Origin: Octopus sinensis
Lineage: Eukaryota
Reading direction: 5' to 3'
DNA: 64,000 bases
Assembly: GCF_006345805.1 (NCBI RefSeq)
Contig: NC_043000.1
Span: 150,784,001 to 150,848,000 of the forward strand
Each line of letters opens with the position of its first letter. The first letter of the stretch is position 1. The notes below the pieces were generated by a model that worked only from the letters and a program-made list of their open reading frames with translations, was not told where the DNA came from and searched no databases. The position numbers and the translations under genes were made by a program. Positions 52,841-64,000 of this stretch are shown here, one piece after another.

Positions 52841-53728
52841 GTATCCTTTCTTTGTTGATGATTCTTTAATGTAATGACCATCACCTATTGTTTTATGAAA
52901 AAAAATACTGTTGTTGTTTTTATGTTTCTTATTGTTGTTGCTTTTATAATATTAAGCTGGTGGTTTCACAAAAACTGAAAAACATCAAACTAAATTACTT
53001 ATACTAAAAGTTAATATTTATCCCTACTTAAAAGTGCATGTAAAGCACTCTTGTTTATCACTAGCAATATACTCAAGAGTGCTTATATGCACCAAAAGAC
53101 CATATGAGAGGTTCTCTCATGGTGACTATCACAGTATTCTGTGTTCTAACACAACATGCACTTTTAAGTGGGGATAAATATTAACTTTTGGTATTAATAC
53201 TGCTTCTGTCACTAATAATCATTATTTATACTATTTAGTCTTGCTCCTCTGTATCCTGAGTTCAAATCCTGCTGTGGTTGGCCTTATCTTTTTATCTGTC
53301 TGAAATCAAGAAAATAAATACTGAATGTATTAAAATTAATTTAAAATTAGCATGTATTAAAATTAATTTAATCTATTAAACCATGTTTTTACAAATTTCT
53401 GGACTTTTATCAAGTGTAAGACATTATTATTATATGCAGTTAGAGATCACTGTGTGATCTCTGATTGCATTGTAAATTAGACTGGCATTATAGGGTTTTC
53501 AAGTAGTATACCTCTCTTATTTTCATAGTCTCTAGATGTGTTCTTTAGTGGTAAAATTCCAGAAATAAAGAAACAAACAAAAAGATTTGTGACATCAGGC
53601 GTTTGTTGGCTTTTATGCTTAGATGTTAAAAGAAAATGTTCAATATGTGTGAGATATAGAAGGATTGAGGATTGTTGAAAATCTCCATGAATTTAATAAT
53701 GTCTATTAAATCCTTAATTACAAACTAG
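52841..53728 (+). other. RELCH: U12-type (minor spliceosome) GT-AG intron of RELCH, 888 bp
   Basis: 5' splice site GTATCCTTT at 52841. Branch site TCCTTAAT at 53711-53718, about 10 nt before the AG at 53727-53728. No polypyrimidine tract. Reading frame and homology are continuous across the junction. Confidence 0.9.
53001..53193. other. Foldback element (MITE or structured RNA) inside the U12 intron
   Basis: 40-bp inverted repeat 53001-53041 / 53154-53193 enclosing three small hairpins. Confidence 0.7.
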
Positions 53729-53882
53729 TCATCAATGATCAGTTGGTGCAGGAAGCCATGCTACCTGGATTACGGTACCTTCGCCAAGACTTATCACAGC
53801 TTGCTCCCGAGAGAGAGGAGGTGATGAGTTCTATGATCAAAGAATATGAAGCAAAGCTAGATGCATCAAAATCTTTAGAAAG
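53729..53882 (+). CDS. RELCH: RELCH homolog, penultimate coding exon (154 nt)
   Basis: Spliced T|TC gives SCC-F-INDQLVQEAMLPGLRYLRQDLSQLAPEREEVMSSMIKEYEAKLDASKSLER, versus recalled human SCCFISEDLMVNHFLPGLRCLRTDMEHLSPEHEVILSSMIKECEQKV. Donor AG|GTAAGT. Confidence 0.93.
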
Positions 53883-55021
53883 GTAAGTGTTATGTCATAA
53901 TCTATGTTGTCACAATTCCAGTGTTTTCATGTGTTGTATTTCTTGAAAATATAGTCTTCTATAAGAGCTGGCCAACAATTGACTTTATCACATGTAATGG
54001 AGTAAAGTGTTAATAATCAGTTTGTAGTTGTACACTGGAAAATTTTGATATCTAATCATATGTAATATTGTTATTATAAATAATAAAGTCAAAGCGAGTA
54101 TTGGGTGTGTGTGTGTGTGAGAGAGATCACAATAGCTCGATAACAAGGCAATTATAAGAACATTTTTTGATTTGATACAAATATATTCTTGCAGCTGCAG
54201 CCAGCTAATTTCTTAGTATTTTGGAGATCTTTCTATGAATGCTAGGATAGTGAAGTATTACAATAGAGCTGGGTTAGTGTAATATGGTCAGAAGTATTGT
54301 TTGAATGAACGTTTGTGATCTTAGTTTTGGAAGGAAGCCATGTGTAAGTAAAGAGTGTTTACTTGAATAAGTTCTGTAGGAGATAAAATATAGATTTAAT
54401 GGTAAGTGAAACAATATGTGCTGCGTGATCTCTGTGGCTAAAATGAAGCCAGAATGTTTTACAGATCAGTAACCATTATGGTATATGTTGGAAATATGAA
54501 CAAGAAGACATGACTTGTTAGGAACCAGAGCTTATCAGTTAGAGACAGTTTGCTTGCAAAGAGAATAGTGTTATTTTGGATATAGTGGAGAAAATCAATG
54601 ACTGAAAGAGATGTGCCATTTTGGTAGGAGGAATAGTCTTCCATTGTTAACTTTTGGTCTCTATACAGCAGAATTTACTTACTTTCTCTCATTATAAACT
54701 CCTTATATGTGTTTTTTTTTCCTTTTTTTTTTTTGACATACTCATTGTTTTTATTATGGATGAACAAGTTTTTTCAAAGATTTTATATATTTTATTTTTT
54801 GATTCTTTTATTTGTTTCAGTCATTTGATTGTGGCCATACTGGAGCACTGCCTCGTAGAGTTTTTTTTTTTAGTTGAACAAATCAACCCCAGAACTTATT
54901 TGTTTTTTTTTTTAAAGCCTAGTACTTATTCTCGCTAAATTATGGTGATGTAAACACACCAACACTGGTTGTCAAGTGGTAATGGGTTATAAACACACAC
55001 ACAAAGATATACACATTCATT

Positions 55022-55076
<55 letters not shown>

Positions 55077-56166
55077 GACAGGCTTCTTTCAGTTTCTGTG
55101 TACCAAATCCACTCACGTGGCTTTGGTCAGCCCAAGGCTATAGTAGAAGACACTTGCCCAAGGTTTCATGCAGTGGAACTGAACTCAGAACCATGTGGTT
55201 GGGAAGCAAGCTTCTTGCCACACAACCATGCCTGCTCCTATATTTCATGTTATTTATTCTTGATTAATAACTGGAATAATTGTACTTCAATTATGTCACT
55301 ATTTGAGAAAGATTTGAATGGTACAACTCTCATGTATCCTCCCATTGAAGTCAATTGAACACATATCCCTTTGAATACATAAAAGGAATAAATTGATTAT
55401 CTATCACATTAAGTTAAAAACTGGTGATTGTGAGGTGCTTTACATATGCTGAAAAAATACTTTCATCTAGTTGCATTGTAGTTTGATTTTTCTCTTGATC
55501 CTTTTCTAACTTTCACAATCATTACTAGAAGTTACCTTTCTTAACAATCATACTCATACTATTAATTCTTAATAAAAACAATAAAATTATGATTGAACTT
55601 TCTGTAGCTTTCTGTATGTAACAACATATTTACTAGTTTGCTTACTGATACTCATAGCTTTTTCGTTTCTTTTGTTTGACATTCTTCTGTGTTAGGAGGT
55701 ACTATTTATCAGTTTATATTTTATTAGAACCTTTTTCAATCTTCAATCATTTAGTTACTTTGTGATTTTGTTTTATACTTTTGGAAAATTAATTTCGTTT
55801 TATCAGTTATCCACCCAAAATGTATGATTGTGTTATAAATGTATTATTGTGTTATAAATGTATGATTGTGGTTGCTAAACCTATGTATAAAAAAACTTGC
55901 AACTGCTAAAACATTCTGCTGGCTTTAAATGTTCAAAGCATTCTATTGAATATCCAAAGTTTTTTTTTTTTAACTAATTTATTTATTTTGATTTTCTATT
56001 GCTAAAATACAACAACAGAAAAGCTGTAATTTGCAAAGAAGTTATTACTTTCACATAAAGATAATCTGACTTAATTCAATTTTGAGTTTTGTTGAAAGGT
56101 ATTTCAAATGTAGGAAAATATGTAATTTTTTCTTTTTTCCTTTTTTCTCTTTTCTTTTTGTTTTAG

Positions 56167-56296
56167 GAGTCCTAGTCAGTCAGTATCTCCGACCCCTGGT
56201 GGAAATACTGAGGATGTCAGAGCAAGAGTAATGAGCAAAATCAAAGATACAACTTCAAAGGCTCACATTCCTAATATCTTCATGCGTAAGAAGTAG
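56167..56296 (+). CDS. RELCH: RELCH homolog, terminal coding exon (stop TAG 56294-56296)
   Basis: Long polypyrimidine tract plus ttttag|. Phase 2 matches the previous exon. SPSQSVSPTPGGNTEDVRARVMSKIKDTTSKAHIPNIFMRKK* resembles the recalled human C-terminus EDTKTKFLNKMGQLTTSGAMLANVFQRKK*. Confidence 0.9.
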
Positions 56297-56442
56297 CCTA
56301 TAACTATGTTACCATTCCCAGAATTGCCTCTTTATCTTCTTCTTTACAAATAGATAAAGTTGTTAGCACAAATTAAAAAAGAAAATCATGAAATATTAAT
56401 TAAAAACTTTTCTTTTGTCTGTGAAATAATGGCTAACATTAT

Positions 56443-56448
56443 AATAAA
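56443..56448 (+). promoter_or_regulatory. Candidate proximal polyadenylation signal of RELCH
   Basis: First AATAAA after the stop codon. The region is very AT-rich, so it may be chance. Confidence 0.3.
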
Positions 56449-58169
56449 TATTTTATTCTATTATTAGCCAAAAAAATCATGATTATATCGAAATATTCAA
56501 CATATATGGTGGCCTCTACACTTTAAAAAAAATCTTTTTCTCCATTCTCATATGAAAAATTTTCTTTGTTATATTTAATGATTTTGTTTTTGTTTATTTA
56601 ACTACTGATGTCTAAGGTAATATAATAATGTAACAATAAGGAAAAGGATAATAGTTATGCATATTATAATATAAATAAAACTTAGATGTCAAAGAAATTG
56701 TTCCAATAAAGTAATTTGAAAATAAAAAAGCAATTTCAATTGGTTTGTTTCTTGCTTGAGAAAATGCTATAGGAAAAGGGCAAAATAACAGTTCTATGTA
56801 TATGTATACATCTATATATATATAATTTTTAGTGGAAAAAAGGGATCATTGAGTAAATAGTTGTTTGAAAGCCTTGTTTTATTTTACTTTTACTGATTAG
56901 ATAGTAACTGTTAAAGAACTTTGGAAATTAACTCCATATATTAAATTCTTGTCTACAACACTTAGACTACTTCAAATTTTTACAAGATTTTGATAAAATT
57001 TATTCAGAGTGTTGTATTTTTCTCCTAAATTGAATGTTCAACAATGTGACACTAATTTATTTTTGTGATCGCATCAACCAGCTTGGTTTAGTCAATACAT
57101 AAGCCATTTTTTTTTCTTGTTATTTGTTCAGGTTAAGGAAAGCTTTTTTTTAAAAAAAATACAAAGTCAAATTGCTATTCAAAGTTTACTGTTTTCTTAG
57201 GCTTCAGATATAAATGCACACAAAGTGTATACATATTGGTAGCTACGCCAGGCATCTTAATTCAGACATTTTGTCTTTGTAATAGTTTGAGAGTTTCATT
57301 TTTATATTTCTTCTTTTTCTTTTAATCACATCTGTATTAGGAAACTGAAATTTAATTACTTTTTGTAGATCCTTATTTAGACTTTGAATATTACCATTAA
57401 GTGTCTTTAGAATACATTTCTGCAAAAAATGAAAAAAATCAAAGAAAGAAAAACAAATTAGATTTTTCTACACTTTTTATGATTTAAAATTTTCTAATTT
57501 ACCATAATTTTCCAATCTTGTCTTCCCTATGTTTTTTTAAAATTAGTATTTGTAGCAATGGAAGTTTTGCACAAACTACCTTTTTTAATACTATTCTTCT
57601 GAAAATGGTTGTATCTTTTAATTGTACTTTGTACTCTTTTGTCTGTCTCCATTTATCATTCTACATCGATGGGTTCTATATAATATAGCTAAATTGTGGT
57701 TTAATTCTTCTGCTAACCCTTGCTTTACAGTCCTAAATTCTTATATACTCTTCTTTGGTATCTATTATTTTTTTGTATGATTCTCTATTGATATTTTGGG
57801 GGAAATATTCTACTTCTAACTTGGATAAAACCAATTTGATCAAGTTTAATTATAAGTTGATATTTAAAAAAAATTTCTAAACCATTTTATTAGATTAATT
57901 CTATTAACTGGTTTCAGTATTTAAACGTTACAAGGGCAGGATTTGGTAGAAATAGTAAAGCCTTTCAGTGTTTAGTTTTGTTCCTCTGATTTCTGGTTTC
58001 AAATCCTGCTGGGGTCGACATTGCCTTTCATCTCTCCAGGGTTCATTAAAATAAGTACCAGTCACATACTGTGAATACATTGGTTGGTCTATTAATTACC
58101 CCTTCCTTTTTCGCAAATTGGCAATGTGCCTAGATAAAAAGAAATTACTATTTCAAAGTTAAAAAGCAA

Positions 58170-58208
<39 letters not shown>

Positions 58209-61200
58209 CATTTATTCGTTTTTCTTTCTTCAGTTCTTTATAATTACTAAATTTTTTTAGCCACTTTTTTTTAATGACAAGGACTGGTAATGTGAACATT
58301 CATGATGTAAAATCTACCCTTCCCCTTTTCACTTCTATATAATCATTCCCTACAATATTGACAGCTGACATTCATAGATGAAATTTCCTCTTTTTTTTCT
58401 TCTTCTTCTATCAATACAGATATTCATTCCTTACTGAAATCAATGTTGACATAATACATTGAAACACTTCTCTTAAAACTGAAATGGTTAGTGCATTTTA
58501 ATAGGAATATTCTGTATGCCATTATTGATTTGTTGTACTGACTGTGGACATTTTTACTCTCCCCTTTTTTCCCCCTTCATTTCTCCTTTTCTTTCTCTTC
58601 AACTCATTAGTTAGGATTTTAGGCTTTAATTTACACAGAGATCAGAACAGTTTGTGAAAGTGAGCAATCATTAACCATTTACAGCTGATTTTAATGATGC
58701 GTACTGCAACCTTCAAAATCTCTGCAAGACTATTAATATAGAATCAAAAAAAAGAATTACAATATTGGACTTTTTTTTCCCTTTTTGTTTATTAGATGGT
58801 TACTGCATCCTCTGCTGAGGTGATATTTTATGGGTTTCACAACCAAGCTGAGCCCATTTCTTTCCAGGTGATTTATTGTAAACTATTTAGACCAAAGCAA
58901 TTTTGTATGACATATTAGGTTTCCCATTTAATCTCATGAACTCAGAATAGATAATGAATAAGTGCCTGCATGTTAATGCCTTGCTTAATTATCCTCTCAA
59001 ACTTCCGGATATTATATTTCTATTTATAAGAGACATAGCTCTGTAGATGAGGAATAATACGAAACAATGGTTGTCATTTCCTTCATATAGCTATTTTTGA
59101 TTTGAATGAAATTGTTCCAAGAAAGTGCATATAAATACACACTCTAGAATGGGAGTTTAAATCATTGTGTATACACTCGCACACATGCACGTGTCCACAC
59201 ACACACATACAAACACACATTCATACACATATAAACATACAGATGCATGCATGAACATGCTATATACAATCACATGCACATGTCTGTCTTTATATAAATG
59301 ATATGAATTAAATATTCTAAGACTTGTGACAAAAAAAAAAATACAAATTTAAATTTTTAAAAAAATTATTATTTACTTGAGTATGTATGATTGTATATCT
59401 TGTATGTATGTTGGCCTGCAAAATCTCAGAAATAATATTTGGTTATTTAGTTTAAAGTATTTATTCCTTTTAAAAAGTATCAATATCCATTAGTAATTTT
59501 CCAAAAAACAAAAAATGAAAAAACAAGCTGCTTTTAGATAGAGAAATAACTTTTTTTTTTCATAGATGTTTCAATAAGAAAATGTACTAATTTTATACAA
59601 CAAAATTGCTGGCTTCTTTTAAAATTATTATTCTGGAATAAAAACATTGAAAATTACTTTAAAAAAATTTTATTTCTTTGATTTTTACTCATCTCATTTT
59701 CCAAACAAAACAAAACAAAACTTGGTCCATAGAGTTTTTCTTTCCAATCTATTTTTCCATTTTCTTCTGTCTATGAAATGTAAACATAATTAAATTGCAT
59801 TTAAACCTAAATTATTCAATGTCTGAATTTAATTCAAAAGTACTAGAAAAGATTAAATTTAATTAATTAAAAACAAGATGCCTCAAGTTTCTTATACAAT
59901 AACAAAAATATAGATTATATCGTATTAGTGTTCTGAAAATGATTATTGGATAAAACAAGAAGAGCAATTTAGCTTGTTAGTTGGTACAAAATGAATTTAA
60001 GACTTTTACAGTGTTGTACTTTTTATCATGAATACAACAATAAAGATAATGGCTAGCATTCATCTTAAGTATTAATGACAAAATAAGATTACTTCTGTTG
60101 AAGAAATTAACAAATATACCCTAAATAATTTTCACAATGTAATGCGTTCTTTAAAGTACATAGAGAGCATCCAAAGTTCTTAACTGATTTTGTTTAATAC
60201 AACCAAGATAAAATATCTTTTAAAAATTTCTAAGATATTAAAATTTCGAATAACACTAATTTGAAGTTTTAATTTTATGAAAATGAAAATAATATTATTT
60301 TTAACTTAGTAGTAAACTGATACAAGTATCATAGGTGATAACTACTTCTCTGGAATTTTGTTAAAAGTGATGCCAAAATTATGGTAGGGGAGAAAACAAA
60401 AATCTGAGATATTTGCTTCAGATTCGTCTGATGACAATATTTTAAGTTTTATTTAGGACAGTGAATGGCAGAATTAGTAGAGTGCCTGACTAAATACCGT
60501 CCGATGTTTAGTTACGTCCCTTTACAGACTGAATTAAAATTCTGCTGGGGTCAATAAAATAAGTACCAGTAATAAATTAAATGTTGGTTACATCATTTAT
60601 AATTCTCTAAAAATCTATAGTTTGTGTCAAGGTAAAAATACCAATTTTTTAATATTGTTTAAATCTACATAACATTATGTTATAGTAAATAGTGATATAT
60701 TCCTACTTCAGCAAAAACAATTTGAACATAAAAAAAATGACTCGTTATTTGAATTTCATAAAAAAATAGTTGTAGTTTAGGTAAAAAATTTTGGATGTAA
60801 AAGAAAAAATCAGTCTTAGAGAAAATTGCAAAATTGTTCTTTATTAATTTTAGCATCTGTAAAAAAGAAAGAAAAGCCTTTTACTTTAACTAAATTATAT
60901 TATAGTGAATAAGCGATAAGAGAAAATTCTATTCCAGTTAGAGGTAAAGAAGTACAAATGAAAATAAAAAAGTTAGTTTTCTGTTATAGTTTTAAATGTG
61001 ACAAAACTATTTAAAACTAGAAGACTAAGATCTTCTTATCTGTTCTAAGATGAGTTTCCTGCTATGGCAAACTCTTTTCTTATTCATTTAATGTCTCACA
61101 ACTGTTACATGACTTAAAGCAAATTATTTTTTTTGAAACTCATTTCAAACAGATTATTATTATTATTATTATGTGATAATTTCAATTAATGACAAAACTA

Positions 61201-64000
61201 CTTTAAAAGACTTTTCAATTGTAGCCTAACTGATTTCAGTAAAAATAAGTAAAATGAGCAAATATATTTCAGTTATAAGAAGAATGATCTTTATAAACAA
61301 AAGTGTTTCTTTAGAGATTCTGATAAAAAAAACAAAAACAAACAAAAAAAAAAAACAATAAAAACAGCCCCTCTAAAATTAAATTACTTATTGAAGAGCT
61401 ATTCTCATAAAAAATTTAATATGACATAGAATTAACATTACATATTTTTAAAATATCAAAGTTGTTATTTTTAAAGAAAATAAAAAGAACCAGTTTAAAA
61501 TGTCCTTGAGACAAATATTTGTCACACTGTATAACATTAGGTTTATTGGAAGCCATTTCATAATGGATTCTGCCAGGAGGAACAAACACAGACATTTTTC
61601 TTCCTAATTTTTTTTTTTTTTTTTTTAACATCTGAATTTCATCTGATTATTTCCTTGGATTCATATATCGACAGTATTGTGATTGTGTGCTTTGATTGAT
61701 GTTGTTCATCTTTCTTTTTTCTTTTTTTGGGGAATTTCCATTTTTCTATGGTAGTAGGCTAAAAAAATTCTTCAAGCAATTTTGCATGACATAGTCTAAA
61801 GGTTATTAAAATTTTCTATTGGAACATCTAATATTTACCTTTTTGATAATTCCAGCTTATGCCTTGTTATTGATTTTATCTCAGACTGCTTAAAAGTTTT
61901 ATACTATCTATACTATATTAAAGCTAGCAAGCAAAAACTTGTAATAACATTTAGCCAACTACATAGTTTTCAATGAAAACTTTTTCTATATTTTACGGGT
62001 GTGCTTTAGGTTAGAAATGTCTTTTACTCTCATGGTTGTCTGCTTAGTTTTGTGGTATCTAACTGTATTTGTAGGAAGTACACTATTCTTTAGATACAGC
62101 TTTTTTTTAAAGTTTGCTAATATATTTGATACTAAATTTTTTACTGGAAGATTTATAATACCTTTGCATAACAACATATTGTGTCTTCACATTTAAATTT
62201 GGTTTGTTTTACAGTAAATAAACTGGTAATTTAATAAAATTAAATTAACTTGTTGATTATGTTAGAAATAATTTAGGGAAAAAAAGGACTTCCTTTGATG
62301 TAGTCATCAAAAAACATGTAGAAATTTAAATTAGGATTATTAATGAAAGTAAATTAGATAATTTTAGATAAATGGAATTTGATTTTAGTTAGTTACCCAT
62401 TTGATTGAACAAAGTAAGTATTCTTCAGTATTATTTGTTTCTAAATATGAAAATAACTTCCTTTATTTCATATCTGTGTTTACCATTTTTAGTATATATA
62501 TATATAATGCTAAATATTACCTGAAGTATGAGTTACAGATCTATTCTCTCTTTCGTGTTCTTATTTCTAAATAAAAGGCAGGTTTATTTTGACCAAGCAT
62601 GAACACTAAGACTTTTCTACTTGATGGCATATTTGCAAGTAATTCTGTTAGAATTTTATCAACTGACTTTTAAAATTTCAGAAATTTGATATTACACTCT
62701 TGTGCAATATCAAATCAAAAACTGATTCCTCTTTTATATTTTAGCAAAAGACCAATTTTCCAAATGAGATTAAATATCAAAATAATTTGTATATATCACA
62801 GTCCTATTTGGATGTGATTTGCCTTAATTTAGTCTATTAAAAGAATCTTTGAATTAAATTCTTCCTATATAAAATTCCCATATATGAAAAACATAAACTT
62901 ATTATGAATGTTTCTAGCAGATGGACATATTTCTGTTTCGAAATGCCAGAATTATTACTAAAATAGGTTTGATTGATAGACCAGAAAAAGCTTCAGTCTA
63001 TATTAATTATGTTCTGAGCTATTAGCATCTGATAGAATATTTGGTAGTTTTTAGCTTAAATATATATTATACGATTTAATATTATTCTTTTGTATACTAT
63101 GCTTCCATAGTAAGTGTTCTTTAAATAGTAATGAATTATGATTTTAAAAAGAAAAATCATTAAAAACGTGTGTCTTTAATTATCAGCCAATGAAAACTTA
63201 TTTTAATTTTTGTTTGTTTATTCTAAGAATATTTTGAGAAGTCATTATTTCTATAGTGAAGTTATAAATTATTAATTTATTATTAGATACAAGTTGTTCA
63301 AAGAAATAATTTCTATACATTGAATCTAAATGAATACTTAGAAAGAAAACAAGTATCATCATCTGTTTTTCTTTCTGATTACATCTTATATATTCAATAT
63401 TCATATCTACACTGAATGCATTACATTGTACTTCAGTTATAAAACATATCAGAAAAGCGTATTTATTTCTTACCTATAGTGAAATTAATCAAGTTTTTAG
63501 TACATGCTCCATAGATTTTATTAAACATTGAACTAATTCTTATACTTTGTTTTTATCTTTGCTTCCTAAGAATTTATATTTATTATATCTTAAAATATCA
63601 AAGTATAAAGTATGGTGGGGGTATCCTACAAAAAACAAAAAGAAAAGAAAATTAGTGAACATGTAATTATATTTAAAAAATGGATAAATGAACGAATACA
63701 TCTGTTAAATAATGTTTAACATTTCACAATAATTACTGTTGTTTTCTTAAAATCACACACCCGACACCATCACTATTTTGCTTAATTTAGATATCCTTAA
63801 ACAAGTTATGTTTTGATGTACAAAATATCATATAAAGCCTGTAGCCAGATATTGAAAAAGGAAAAATGAAAATAAAAATAACCACTGAATAGTAAATAAA
63901 CACAGAGCATGGAGGGTAGCTTTTATTTTAGATTGAGATTTAAGGATTCACATATGCACACACACTCACACACAATACATGTCTTCAAGAAGAAGCCTTT

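Noticed and set aside
61416-61631. Minus-strand ORF MSVFVPPGRIHYEMASNKPNVIQCDKY...
   Set aside because: No recognisable homology, and the would-be acceptor is preceded by poly-A rather than pyrimidines.

Overview
AT-rich, repeat-saturated animal genomic DNA. The SINE/LINE families and microsatellite load point to a coleoid cephalopod, most likely Octopus (inference from recalled repeat families, not a database match). The only protein-coding gene I can recognise is the 3' end of RELCH/KIAA1468 on the + strand: three exons at 52724-52840, 53729-53882 and 56167-56296. The first two are joined by a GT-AG U12-type (minor spliceosome) intron. No upstream RELCH exon was found in the preceding 52.7 kb. 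That stretch is a nest of RTE, CR1-like, R4/Dong-like and Penelope-like retroelement remnants, several tRNA-head SINE families, a DD37D (maT) Tc1/mariner copy, hAT, piggyBac and Helitron-type non-autonomous elements, and microsatellites. The most interesting signal is a 354-bp-period partial tandem repeat at 4845-5307 carrying a type I hammerhead ribozyme on the minus strand, i.e. a retrozyme or Penelope pseudo-LTR-like unit. Three further degenerate minimal hammerhead motifs occur at about 11.9, 35.9 and 52.0 kb, and a multi-branched foldback element sits inside the U12 intron. Almost all ORFs in the supplied track are microsatellite or transposon artefacts. Repeat boundaries are approximate unless TIRs or TSDs are quoted.
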